Below, piece by piece: positions 47,866 through 56,887 of a DNA stretch of 64,000 nucleotides. Every line of letters begins with the position of its first letter. Position 1 is the first letter of the stretch. A program made the translations under genes and the position numbers. The notes beneath the pieces are model-generated. The model saw only the letters and a program-made list of their open reading frames with translations, ran no database searches and was not told the DNA's origin. The DNA lies in the NCBI GenBank assembly GCA_910577205.1, contig CAJTMA010000008.1:2575-66574 (forward strand), written 5' to 3'. This DNA comes from an uncultured Alphaproteobacteria bacterium. Its GTDB lineage: Bacteria; Pseudomonadota; Alphaproteobacteria; RF32; CAG-239.

Positions 47866-48517
47866 TTATTGCTCCCCCCACCTTCTCTTTCCATCTTAAA
47901 CATTCCCTCTTCATCTCAACAACTCCCTTTTCTCCTCTACTGCCTCCCCCCCTCCTCGCAACTCCCCCTCTCATCACCTCTGCAAACTCTCCCTTTACCC
48001 TGCCACAATTCTCTCTTCCAACCCGACAAACACCATCCTGTCCGGCAATTCCCCCACTCACCGTTCCTATAAACGCCATCCTCTCCTGCAGCTCTCCCTC
48101 TCTTCGTCCCTGCAAGCTCTTTCCTCCCCGACTGCTATTCCATCGTTCACAACACGTTCTCTCCCCTCTCCCTATTATCTCCCCTTACCAACACTCTCTC
48201 CGACAAAACATTCTCTTTTCTCATCCCACAAACTCTCCCTTTACCCTGCCACAATTCCCTCTTCCAATCCGACAAACGCCATCCTCTCCCGCGACTTTCA
48301 TTCTCTTCATCCCTACAAACACCTCTCCGCCTCGCGACGACAATTTCCTCTCACCCCTGCAAGCTCTTTCCTCCCCGACTGCTATTCCATCGCTCACAAC
48401 ACGTTCTCTCCCCTCTCCCGATGATAACTCCCTTGCCCCTCTCCCCTACAAACATCCTCTTTTTCCCTGCCACAACAAACGATCCTCTCTTCCCGACAAA
48501 GCTTTCTTTCACACCAC
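47866..48517. repeat. C-rich, G-poor tract (plus strand) containing ~246-bp tandem repeats
   Basis: 47983-48043 matches 48229-48289 with 4 mismatches in 61. 48108-48172 matches 48355-48419 with 1 mismatch. A third partial block lies near 48462. By hand count the tract has only ~43 G in ~640 nt. Confidence 0.85.
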
Positions 48518-48547
48518 AAAAAAAGGAGTCCTCTCGGACTCCTTTTT
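48518..48547. terminator. Intrinsic terminator after rplQ (bidirectional shape)
   Basis: AAAAAAA-GGAGTCC-tctc-GGACTCC-TTTTT. Confidence 0.8.
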
Positions 48548-48568
48548 AATACCATTTCTCTAACTGAA

Positions 48569-49015
48569 TTAGTTGGCAGCAGCTTCTTTTTCAGCAGCTT
48601 CGGCAACAGCTTTTTCTGCAGCGACGCGAGCTTTATCAGCAGCGCCTTTAGCTGCAACATCGCGTTCAACCAGTTCAATAATTGCCATCGGAGCAGCATC
48701 GCCATAACGAATGCCAGCTTTCAAAACGCGGGTATAACCGCCGTTGCGGCCTTTATAACGTTCAGCCAAGGTGGAGAAAAGTTTGGAAACAACAGTTTCA
48801 TCACGCAAGAAAGCCAATGCCAGTCTGCGGCTGTTCAAATCACCTTTTTTGGCATAAGTAATCATGTTGTCAGCAAAAGTTCTCAATTCTTTAGCACGCG
48901 GCAGGGTAATATTAATCTGTTCGTGTGTCAGCAAAGCATTTGTCAGGTTAGAGAACAAAGCTCTTCTCTGGCTTCTCGGCATATTTAATTTTCTATGTTT
49001 CATTCCATGTCTCAT
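48569..49015 (-). CDS. rplQ: 50S ribosomal protein L17
   Basis: 148 aa, beginning [24 protein letters not shown], with an Ala/Glu-rich C-terminal tail. Confidence 0.95.
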   Translation of the reverse strand: MRHGMKHRKLNMPRSQRRALFSNLTNALLTHEQINITLPRAKELRTFADNMITYAKKGDLNSRRLALAFLRDETVVSKLFSTLAERYKGRNGGYTRVLKAGIRYGDAAPMAIIELVERDVAAKGAADKARVAAEKAVAEAAEKEAAAN

Positions 49016-49154
49016 GACATATTCCTTTCTTTTCTCTGTGCTTTGCTAGGCAAAGCGGATAAAACATTTGCTCCCGCCACGGTTTCGACGCTCGCTCATG
49101 CACGGAAACACTTAATTCGGAACTGTTTCTAACATACAATATTCTGAATTGCAA

Positions 49155-49200
49155 GCAAAAAAGAAAGGATTAAAACCACTATTCAATCTTTTCTTTTTGC
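49155..49200. repeat. Long A/T-rich hairpin in the rpoA-rplQ spacer
   Basis: GCAAAAAAGAAAGGATT-13 nt-AATCTTTTCTTTTTGC, with about 16 paired positions. Confidence 0.45.
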
Positions 49201-49293
49201 CAAGTTTAGCCATCAAGACAGAGTTACGTTTGAACCATAGATATCCTCAGCTAAGCCCCAAATACTATCCTGGCTGCAAATCTAGCTGTTTAA

Positions 49294-49311
49294 CTACGCT
49301 GGTGAGCGTAG
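49294..49311. repeat. GCGTAG-core hairpin (dispersed family, inverted orientation)
   Basis: CTACGCT-ggtg-AGCGTAG. A CGAGTaaACTCG mini-hairpin at 49342-49354 resembles the one in the 18.4-kb array. Confidence 0.4.
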
Positions 49312-49375
49312 AGCGTCGTCTAACGTCCCTTAACATTAGCCCCGAGTAAACTCGATTTTTCTGTACAACAACAAT

Positions 49376-49409
49376 AAAAAAACTCCCTTGCAGATAACTG
49401 TAAGGGAGT
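49376..49409 (-). terminator. Intrinsic terminator after rpoA
   Basis: On the minus strand: ACTCCCTT-acagttatctgc-AAGGGAGT followed by TTTTTT. Confidence 0.8.
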
Positions 49410-49425
49410 TTCAATAACTTGCCAA

Positions 49426-50436
49426 TTAGAAGTGTTCATCAACACGACGAATCAATTCTTCGATATTTTCAGGCGGCCAACCCGGAGTATCCATACCCAG
49501 GTGAATCCCCATCTTAGCCAAAACTTCTTTGATTTCATTCAAAGATTTACGGCCAAAGTTCGGAGTACGCAACATTTCTGCTTCTGTTTTCTGAACCAAA
49601 TCACCGATATAAATGATATTATCATTTTTCAGGCAGTTTGCAGAACGAACAGACAATTCAAGTTCTTCAACTTTCTTCAGCAGATTACGGTTGAACGGCA
49701 GTTCTTCTTTTTCTGCTTCAACTTCAGCTTCCGGTTCGTCAAAGTTGATAAACGGTTTCAATTGATCCTGCAAAATACGGGCTGCATAAGCAACAGCATC
49801 TTCAGGAGTAACAACGCCATTGGTATCAACAACCAAAGTCAGCTTGTCATAGTCTGTAACTTGTCCGACACGGGTATTTTCAACTTTGTAAGAAACCTTT
49901 TTAACCGGAGAATAGATTGCATCAACGGCAATAACGCCAATCGGAGCATCTGCTGATTTGTTCTGGCTAGCCGGAACATAACCTTTACCAGTATTAACAG
50001 TGAGTTCCATGCTGATTTTAGCACCGGCATCCAAGTTGCAAATTACCAAATCCGGATTCTTGATTTCAACATCATGACCAGTTTCAATCATTGCAGCAGT
50101 GACCTGACAAGGCCCTTCAGCCTTAAGCGTCATTGTCTTCGGCCCTTCGCCATGAACGGCGACAGCCAAACCTTTGATGTTCAGAACGATGTCTGTAACA
50201 TCTTCTCTCACACCCGGAATCACTGAAAACTCATGCAGGACACCATTAATTTTGATTGCGGTAACAGCACCACCTTGCAGGGAAGATAATAAAACTCTTC
50301 TCAGAGCGTTACCTAAAGTTAAACCAAAACCTCTTTCTAAAGGCTCAACCACAATCTTGGCTCTGTTTCCGCCTTCGCCGGAAACAACTTCTAAGTTTGT
50401 AGGTTTAATAAGTTCTTGCCAATTCTTTTGAATCAC
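49426..50436 (-). CDS. rpoA: DNA-directed RNA polymerase alpha subunit
   Basis: 336 aa, beginning [12 protein letters not shown], with an NTD and a CTD ([22 protein letters not shown]). Confidence 0.97.
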   Translation of the reverse strand: MIQKNWQELIKPTNLEVVSGEGGNRAKIVVEPLERGFGLTLGNALRRVLLSSLQGGAVTAIKINGVLHEFSVIPGVREDVTDIVLNIKGLAVAVHGEGPKTMTLKAEGPCQVTAAMIETGHDVEIKNPDLVICNLDAGAKISMELTVNTGKGYVPASQNKSADAPIGVIAVDAIYSPVKKVSYKVENTRVGQVTDYDKLTLVVDTNGVVTPEDAVAYAARILQDQLKPFINFDEPEAEVEAEKEELPFNRNLLKKVEELELSVRSANCLKNDNIIYIGDLVQKTEAEMLRTPNFGRKSLNEIKEVLAKMGIHLGMDTPGWPPENIEELIRRVDEHF

Positions 50437-50531
50437 TGGTATGTCCTCTTTATTATTGCATATGCATATTTTACAAAAATCAAAAGAGGGCGAGGCCGGG
50501 ATAATCCAGCCTCTCCGTCTCTAACTGAAAA

Positions 50532-50924
50532 TTAAACGCGGCGTCTTTTTCTTAAGCGGCAGCCATTGTGAGGAATCGGGGTAACATCACGAATTGTAGT
50601 GATGGTAAAACCGATAACCTGCAAAGCTCTGATTGCGGATTCGCGTCCAGAACCCGGCCCCTTAACTTCGACTTCCAAAGTCTTCATACCATGTTCTTGA
50701 GCTTTTTTACCTGCTTCTTCAGCAGCAATCTGAGCAGCATAAGGAGTAGATTTACGAGAACCTTTAAAACCTTGAGCGCCCGAAGTAGACCAAGCAACGG
50801 TATTACCCTGTGCGTCGGTAATTGTTACTCTTGTATTGTTGAAAGTAGAATTCACATGAGCTACGCCTGCAGTGATATTCTTCTTTTCTTTTCTTTTAAC
50901 ACGTTGTGTTACTGCTTTTGCCAT
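50532..50924 (-). CDS. rpsK: 30S ribosomal protein S11
   Basis: 130 aa with [18 protein letters not shown]. Confidence 0.97.
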   Translation of the reverse strand: MAKAVTQRVKRKEKKNITAGVAHVNSTFNNTRVTITDAQGNTVAWSTSGAQGFKGSRKSTPYAAQIAAEEAGKKAQEHGMKTLEVEVKGPGSGRESAIRALQVIGFTITTIRDVTPIPHNGCRLRKRRRV

Positions 50925-50934
50925 GGATACCTAC

Positions 50935-51303
50935 CTATTTCTTCTTATTCGCAATGGTTTTACGTTTACCTTTACGGGTACGGGCATTTTGTTTGGTGCT
51001 CTGACCACGAACAGGCAGACCTTTACGATGTCTCAAACCTCTGTAGCATCCAAGATCCATTAAACGTTTAATATTAACACCGACTTCGCGGCGCAGTTCA
51101 CCTTCAACGACATAAGAACTGTCGATTACTTCACGGACTTTTGCAACTTCTTCTTCGCTCAAATCCTGAACGCGGCGGTCACCGGCGACACCAGATTTTG
51201 CACAAATATCCTGAGCAGTTTTTCTTCCGATACCAAAAATATAAGTCAAAGCTACTTCAATTTTTTTGGCAGTTGGAATATTTACACCAGCTATACGAGC
51301 CAA
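50935..51303 (-). CDS. rpsM: 30S ribosomal protein S13
   Basis: 122 aa, beginning [10 protein letters not shown]. It uses a TTG start with GGAGAG 5 nt upstream. Confidence 0.95.
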   Translation of the reverse strand: MARIAGVNIPTAKKIEVALTYIFGIGRKTAQDICAKSGVAGDRRVQDLSEEEVAKVREVIDSSYVVEGELRREVGVNIKRLMDLGCYRGLRHRKGLPVRGQSTKQNARTRKGKRKTIANKKK

Positions 51304-51374
51304 ATTAACTCTCCATCATCTTTAATTATTACAAAATTCAAAAAGTTGATCACCACTTTTCAAAATTAAGCCGG

Positions 51375-51402
51375 ATTATAGGCTATAATTCGTTAGTGTC
51401 AA
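51375..51402 (-). promoter_or_regulatory. Strong candidate sigma70 promoter for rpsM-rpsK-rpoA
   Basis: On the minus strand: TTGACA, a 16-nt spacer, then TATAAT. Both hexamers are perfect. It lies about 70 nt upstream of rpsM. Confidence 0.6.
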
Positions 51403-51453
51403 CCACCCTTTTACAAAAAAGCGCATTTTTTTACAAAAAATACAAAACTTTAT

Positions 51454-52125
51454 TTAAGCAACCGCCAATAAATCATCAATCTTTTTGGAAGTTGCTTCAA
51501 TTGTTCCCGTCCCGTCCACACATCTGAGCAAACCTTTCTTCTCAAAATAAGGAATAGTCGGATAAGTCAGCGCGCGATAATTGACGAGTCGATTCTGTAC
51601 GGTCGTGCGGTTATCATCCACCCGGCGGTAAAAATCCGTTCCGCCGCAGGCATCACACACACCGTAAACTTTCGGTTTCTGGAACTTGTCATGATATCCT
51701 GCACCGCAACTCATACAGGAATAGCGACCGAGAATGCGCTCCATGATAATTTCATCCGGAACCTGAATCTCAATAACCGCATCCAGCTTAATGCCTTTTT
51801 TACCCAGCATATCTTCCAAAACTTCCGCCTGAGGCAAAGTTCTCGGAAAACCGTCCAGAATAAAACCGTTCTTGCAGTCATCTTCATCGATTCGCGCTGA
51901 CAGCATTTTGATAATCATCTCGTCAGAAACCAAATTACCGCCATCAATTAAAGCTTTAATTTCCAGCCCCAGAGCTGTACCTCTGGCCGCCTCGGCACGC
52001 AGCATCTCACCGGTAGACAAATGCGGAATAGCAATTTTTTCTTTCAGCCGGCGAGCCTGAGTGCCTTTACCACACCCAGGCGCTCCGGTAAAAACCAAAT
52101 GCAAGCCTAATCCGTTCTGATTCAT
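51454..52125 (-). CDS. adk: Adenylate kinase (zinc-lid type)
   Basis: 223 aa with the GAPGCGKGTQ P-loop and a lid carrying CMSCG...CDACGG. Confidence 0.95.
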   Translation of the reverse strand: MNQNGLGLHLVFTGAPGCGKGTQARRLKEKIAIPHLSTGEMLRAEAARGTALGLEIKALIDGGNLVSDEMIIKMLSARIDEDDCKNGFILDGFPRTLPQAEVLEDMLGKKGIKLDAVIEIQVPDEIIMERILGRYSCMSCGAGYHDKFQKPKVYGVCDACGGTDFYRRVDDNRTTVQNRLVNYRALTYPTIPYFEKKGLLRCVDGTGTIEATSKKIDDLLAVA

Positions 52126-53477
52126 TATTTTTTCTTTCCGCGATTAGACAGAGCGGCTTTTTTAATCAACCCCTCATACTGATATGCAATCAGATGGGAC
52201 TGAAGCTGTCCGACAAAATCCATGGTAACTTGAACCACGATAAGCAGGGTTGTTCCGCCCAAAACAAACGGAACAGACAACTTGCTGATTAAAACTTCAG
52301 GCAAAATGCACAGAGCTGTCAAATAGGCTGCCCCCAAAACCGTCAAACGGGTAATGACATAATCCAGATAGTCGGCTGTATTTTTACCCGGACGGATACC
52401 GGCAATAAAACCGCCATGCTTTTTAAGATTATCTGCAGTTTCTTCCGGATTGAAAACAATCGCGGTATAGAAGAACGCAAAGAAAATAATCAATGCGGCA
52501 TACAACCCGAGATACAGCGGTTGACCATGACCCAGCAACTGGCTCAAAGACTGCACCCAAGACGGACCATTTTCGGCAGAGAAGTTAGCAATGGTAATCG
52601 GCAGCAACAGCAAAGAGCTGGCAAAAATCGGCGGAATAACACCCGTCGGATTAATCTTCAAAGGCAGGTGAGAATTTTCGGAAGACATCATCCGAGCCCC
52701 CATCTGGCGCTTAGGATATTGAATAGTGATTTTACGTTGAGCTCTTTCAACCAAAACAATCACATAAATCAAACCGACAATCATTGTCATCAGCAAAGCA
52801 ATAACGCCTAAAGACATTGAACCGACACGGCCGAGTTCAAAAGTCTGCGCCAAAGCACCAGGAATATTGGCAATAATACCGACGGTAATAATCAGGGAAG
52901 ATCCGTTACCGACACCGCGAGATGTTATCTGATCGCCCAGCCAAACGATAAACATCGTACCGCCGACCAAAGAAACAACCGTTGTAAATTTAAAAACATA
53001 TCCCGGATTAACCACGGCAGAAACGCCGGCACTGCCTGTCATTCCTTCCAAACCGACAGCAATACCATAACCTTGAATAATGGTAATCAAGACAGTCAAC
53101 ATTTTGGTATAATGGGTAATTTTACGATGTCCGGCTTCACCATCTTTTTTCAAAGCAGCCAAAGACGGAACAACAGATTGCCCCAGCTGCAAAATAATTG
53201 ATGCCGAGATATAGGGCATAATATTCAGCGCAAAAATCGTCATACGCTCTAATGCACCACCGGCAAACATATTAAACATACCCAAAATTCCGTTTTGATT
53301 ACGGGCAAAAATATCCGACAAAATATGCGGATCAATCCCCGGCAACGGAATAAACGTTCCCAAACGAAAAACAATCAAGGCCAAAACTGTAAACCAGAGT
53401 CTTTTTTTCAACTCTGTCGCTTTGCTAAACGCCGACACATCCATATTGGCGGCCATTTTCTCTGCCAATGATACCAT
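52125..53477 (-). CDS. secY: Preprotein translocase subunit SecY
   Basis: 450 aa, 10-TM layout, with LPGIDP and GGALERMTIFALNIMPYISASII. Confidence 0.97.
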   Translation of the reverse strand: MVSLAEKMAANMDVSAFSKATELKKRLWFTVLALIVFRLGTFIPLPGIDPHILSDIFARNQNGILGMFNMFAGGALERMTIFALNIMPYISASIILQLGQSVVPSLAALKKDGEAGHRKITHYTKMLTVLITIIQGYGIAVGLEGMTGSAGVSAVVNPGYVFKFTTVVSLVGGTMFIVWLGDQITSRGVGNGSSLIITVGIIANIPGALAQTFELGRVGSMSLGVIALLMTMIVGLIYVIVLVERAQRKITIQYPKRQMGARMMSSENSHLPLKINPTGVIPPIFASSLLLLPITIANFSAENGPSWVQSLSQLLGHGQPLYLGLYAALIIFFAFFYTAIVFNPEETADNLKKHGGFIAGIRPGKNTADYLDYVITRLTVLGAAYLTALCILPEVLISKLSVPFVLGGTTLLIVVQVTMDFVGQLQSHLIAYQYEGLIKKAALSNRGKKK

Positions 53478-53511
53478 TTTTACTTCCTTATCTTTTTAAA
53501 ACAAACATATA

Positions 53512-53530
53512 TAGGGAATTAAATTCCCTA
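53512..53530. promoter_or_regulatory. Perfect 9+1+9 palindrome upstream of secY (possible operator)
   Basis: TAGGGAATT-a-AATTCCCTA, ending 35 nt upstream of the secY ATG. Confidence 0.35.
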
Positions 53531-53633
53531 TTAGGCTAAGATATTAATACACTAAAAAATTTTTAATTCAACTAGTTTATGATTTTTATAAACCTTAACA
53601 CACTTGAACAAAGAGATAAAACATCCATCACAA

Positions 53634-53666
53634 CAAAAAAACCTCATCATAAATAATAACGAGGTT
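53634..53666 (-). terminator. Terminator-like hairpin after the 113-aa gene
   Basis: On the minus strand: AACCTC-15 nt-GAGGTT followed by TTTTTTTG. Confidence 0.5.
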
Positions 53667-53690
53667 TTAGAGTTCAGGACTTTACATTCA

Positions 53691-54032
53691 TTACCTATCA
53701 TGAAGCTTCTTTTGTTTCAGAATCTCCATCAAATGCTTTTTATCATCCATACCGGCAGTTCCCTTTTCGCTTTCTTCAGGAATCTTTATTCTATTTCTCA
53801 ATGCTTGAATTTTATCCGAATGATTTTCCTTCGGCATATTTGTAAAAATACCTTTTTCTGGGTCAAAACCTTCCGGAAGATCAGAACGTTCATCTAAAGA
53901 AAAACTCATTTTCTCAGGGTCAAAGCCTTCAGGTAGTGAACTCTCAACCTTCCCCTCCTTATTTCCCAAGAAATCTTTAAGTTGCTCTTCCGATAATTGT
54001 TCCCCACTTTTAATATTGTCCAAATCCAACAT
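53691..54032 (-). CDS. Hypothetical charged protein inserted between rplO and secY
   Basis: 113 aa. GGAAGGAGAT SD lies 5 nt upstream of the ATG. It has an internal duplication, LPEGFDPEK twice, and no TM segment. The block is A+T-rich. Confidence 0.6.
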   Translation of the reverse strand: MLDLDNIKSGEQLSEEQLKDFLGNKEGKVESSLPEGFDPEKMSFSLDERSDLPEGFDPEKGIFTNMPKENHSDKIQALRNRIKIPEESEKGTAGMDDKKHLMEILKQKKLHDR

Positions 54033-54135
54033 AGCATATCTCCTTCCTTTATTTAGTTACAATATATCAGACTCGCAATTGTTTGTCAACAAATACTGGG
54101 CGGCGGAAAAATTTTTGGCAAATACCTCATTGCAA

Positions 54136-54172
54136 ACAAAAAAACGGCTGGCAAACAGCCAACCGTTTTTTT
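54136..54172. terminator. Intrinsic terminator after rplO
   Basis: AAAAAAAA-ACGGCTGGC-aaaca-GCCAACCGT-TTTTTT. Confidence 0.75.
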
Positions 54173-54191
54173 GTTTTCTTTGCTTACGAAA

Positions 54192-54650
54192 TTAAGCTTC
54201 GATAAAATTAACTTTACCACCGGCTTTTTCGACAGCGGCAACAGCTGCTTTAGAAGCAGAGTTAACCGAAATAGTAACTTTGCTGGTGATTGCACCGCGA
54301 GCCAACAGACGAACACCGTCTAAAGTCTTGGTTACAATACCGGCAGAGGACAGAGCAGCCAAATCAATTGCATCAGCCGACAATTTACCGGCATCAACAG
54401 CTTTTTGAATGGTGTCCAAATTAACCACAGCGAATTCTTTGGCAAACGGATTTTTGAAACCGCGTTTCGGCAAACGACGGTAAATCGGCATCTGACCGCC
54501 TTCAAATCCATTTACAGCAACACCGGAGCGGGACTTCTGACCCTTTTGGCCGCGTCCACAGGTTTTGCCCTTACCGCTGCCGATACCACGACCAACGCGG
54601 ATACGGTTTTTGGTAGCGCCTTCGTTGTCTTTTAATTCATTAAGTTTCAT
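54192..54650 (-). CDS. rplO: 50S ribosomal protein L15
   Basis: 152 aa, beginning [30 protein letters not shown]. Confidence 0.97.
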   Translation of the reverse strand: MKLNELKDNEGATKNRIRVGRGIGSGKGKTCGRGQKGQKSRSGVAVNGFEGGQMPIYRRLPKRGFKNPFAKEFAVVNLDTIQKAVDAGKLSADAIDLAALSSAGIVTKTLDGVRLLARGAITSKVTISVNSASKAAVAAVEKAGGKVNFIEA

Positions 54651-54688
54651 TGTTTTTCACCTTAATTCATACTAGGACTTTGATAAAT

Positions 54689-54765
54689 GAGCCTGCTGTT
54701 GTTGAATTTGAGACCGCCGTGTACATCATAGTACACAAGGCCTCAAATTCGGCAACTTGAGGCTC
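54689..54765. repeat. 77-bp imperfect palindromic element in the rpmD-rplO spacer
   Basis: GAGCCTgctGTTGttGAATTTGAGaCCgccGTGTAC-atcata-GTACACaaGGcCTCAAATTCggCAACttgAGGCTC. The core matches the hairpin at 9883-9904. Confidence 0.8.
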
Positions 54766-54777
54766 GTTTTGCAAAGC

Positions 54778-54960
54778 CTATTCCTCGACTTTTACCAAAT
54801 GAGGAATCTTATTAACCATACCACGGATGGAGGGAGTATCTTCCAACTCAACGGTCTTGCCCATTTTGTTCAGGCCGAGCCCTTTTAAAGTAGCTCTTTG
54901 AACAGCCGGACGACCGATAGGGCTTCCGATTTGGGTAACTTTAATAGTTTTTTTAGCCAT
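54778..54960 (-). CDS. rpmD: 50S ribosomal protein L30
   Basis: 60 aa, beginning [17 protein letters not shown]. Confidence 0.95.
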   Translation of the reverse strand: MAKKTIKVTQIGSPIGRPAVQRATLKGLGLNKMGKTVELEDTPSIRGMVNKIPHLVKVEE

Positions 54961-54963
54961 TGA

Positions 54964-55539
54964 TTATGCCTCCTCTTTATCCAATTTAGCATTAGCGGTA
55001 TTCTCGCGGCGGCTGACAATATCCCCGACTTTCTTGCCACGTTTAGCAGCAACCATACGAGGAGAATTGATAGCTTCCAGAGCGTTGAAGGTGGCCTTAA
55101 TCATATTGTAAGGGTTGTTAGAACCCAATGATTTAGCAACCACGTCCTGAACACCTAATACTTCAAAGATAGCGCGCATCGGACCACCGGCAATAACACC
55201 GGTACCGGCCGGAGCAGTTCTCAAAACCACTTTACCTGCACCGAAACGGCCGGCAACGTCATGGTGAAGAGTTCTGCCTTCGCGCAGTGGAATGCGAACC
55301 ATGTTCTTTTTAGCTTCATTGGTAGCTTTAGTAATAGCATCAGGAACTTCGGTAGCTTTACCGGAACCATAACCAACGCGGCCTTTCTGGTCACCAACGA
55401 CAACGACAGCGGCAAAAGACATATTACGTCCGCCTTTGACGGTCTTGGCAACACGGTTGATATGAACTAATTTTTCAACCAATTCATCTTTCTTTTCGTT
55501 TTTATTTGAACGACGATCTGCAGCTTGTGCTTGTGCCAT
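54964..55539 (-). CDS. rpsE: 30S ribosomal protein S5
   Basis: 191 aa with [15 protein letters not shown] and VVVGD.KGRVGYG. Confidence 0.97.
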   Translation of the reverse strand: MAQAQAADRRSNKNEKKDELVEKLVHINRVAKTVKGGRNMSFAAVVVVGDQKGRVGYGSGKATEVPDAITKATNEAKKNMVRIPLREGRTLHHDVAGRFGAGKVVLRTAPAGTGVIAGGPMRAIFEVLGVQDVVAKSLGSNNPYNMIKATFNALEAINSPRMVAAKRGKKVGDIVSRRENTANAKLDKEEA

Positions 55540-55550
55540 TTCTTAAACTC

Positions 55551-55913
55551 CTAGAATTTCAAACCAGCGGCGCGAGCAGCGTCTGCCAGAGCTTTAACAC
55601 GACCGTGGTAAATGTAGCCGCCTCTATCGAATACGACTTCACTTACGCCGGATTTAGCAGCTCTTTCAGCTACCACTTTACCGATGAAGCTGGCTGCTTC
55701 AACTGTAGATGATTTTTGGATATTCTCGCGAACTTCTTTATCCAGTGTGGAGGCAGAAACAATCGTGGAACCTTTTACGTCATCAATGATTTGCGCATAG
55801 ATATGCTTTCCGCTGCGGAAAACTGACAATCTCATTTTGCCGTTAGCAGCGCTTTTCAAAGCTGTTCTTACGCGAGCTTTTCTTTTTTGAAATAATTCTC
55901 TTGGCGTATTCAT
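55551..55913 (-). CDS. rplR: 50S ribosomal protein L18
   Basis: 120 aa with [18 protein letters not shown] and [21 protein letters not shown]. Confidence 0.97.
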   Translation of the reverse strand: MNTPRELFQKRKARVRTALKSAANGKMRLSVFRSGKHIYAQIIDDVKGSTIVSASTLDKEVRENIQKSSTVEAASFIGKVVAERAAKSGVSEVVFDRGGYIYHGRVKALADAARAAGLKF

Positions 55914-55924
55914 CTAATTAATCC

Positions 55925-56464
55925 TTATTTTTTCTTACCTTCTTTACGACGGATATATTCACCGCTGTACTTAACGCCCTTGCCTTTGTACGGCTCAGGT
56001 TTTCTGTACTTGCGGATTTCCGCAGCAATCTGACCAACTAGCTGTTTATCAGCACCAGAGATAGAAATCTGGGTCGGGCTCGGGCAAGCCAGAGTAATTT
56101 CTTTCGGAGCCTCAAAATTAACATCATGAGAGAAACCCAAAGATAATACCAGCTTGTGAGAACCTTCAACGCGGGCTTTATAACCAACGCCGACCAGTTC
56201 CAAATCTTTCTTAAAGCCTTCGCTAACGCCTTTAACCATAGAGTTAATCTGGGCTCTGGTTGTTCCCCACAAAGTTCTTGCCTGTTTGCTGTCAGACAAA
56301 GGAGAAACGACAACTTTGTTATCTTCTAATTTTGCTACGACATGACCATCGTCATAAGTATAGCTAAGTTCACCTAATTTACCTTTAGCAGTAACAACAT
56401 TGTTGTCAACAGTAACGGTAACACCATTAGGGACGATAACCGGATATTTTCCAACTCTAGACAT
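55925..56464 (-). CDS. rplF: 50S ribosomal protein L6
   Basis: 179 aa, beginning MSRVGKYPV, with PEPYKGKGV. Confidence 0.97.
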   Translation of the reverse strand: MSRVGKYPVIVPNGVTVTVDNNVVTAKGKLGELSYTYDDGHVVAKLEDNKVVVSPLSDSKQARTLWGTTRAQINSMVKGVSEGFKKDLELVGVGYKARVEGSHKLVLSLGFSHDVNFEAPKEITLACPSPTQISISGADKQLVGQIAAEIRKYRKPEPYKGKGVKYSGEYIRRKEGKKK

Positions 56465-56476
56465 CCTATTTCTCCC

Positions 56477-56875
56477 CTAGAATACTTGACAAAGAACTTC
56501 ACCGCCGACATTGGCTTTTCTAGCATCATGATCGCTCATAACTCCGCTCGGAGTAGAGATGATAGAAATACCCAAGCCGTTGTAAACTCTCGGCAGGTCC
56601 TTAACGCTTGAATAAACGCGACGACCCGGCGTAGAAACACGGTAAATTTCGGTTATGACGGAAGTGCCTTCATGGTACTTCAATTTAATATGAAGTTCAT
56701 CAATGCCCGGTTTAACGTTGACTCTTTCGTAGCCTTCGATATAACCTTCTTTTTTCAAAACTTCCAAAACATTTTCACGCAAGCGGGAAGCAGGTGATAC
56801 AACTTCACTCTTCTTCGCTCTTTGTGCGTTTCTAATGCGTGTGAGCATATCGCCCAAAGTATCAGACATAGACAT
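56477..56875 (-). CDS. rpsH: 30S ribosomal protein S8
   Basis: 132 aa with [13 protein letters not shown]. Confidence 0.97.
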   Translation of the reverse strand: MSMSDTLGDMLTRIRNAQRAKKSEVVSPASRLRENVLEVLKKEGYIEGYERVNVKPGIDELHIKLKYHEGTSVITEIYRVSTPGRRVYSSVKDLPRVYNGLGISIISTPSGVMSDHDARKANVGGEVLCQVF

Positions 56876-56887
56876 GACTGTAACCTC

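Noticed and set aside
47859-48563. 234-aa Pro/Ser/Leu-rich ORF on the plus strand, plus overlapping 67-aa and minus-strand 88/103-aa ORFs.
   Set aside because: The ORF starts at TTG with no SD. Long open frames are expected by chance in a G-poor tract, because two of the three stop codons need G. The predicted product is pure low complexity, and the frame ends inside the rplQ terminator. I treat it as a compositional artefact of the repeat tract.
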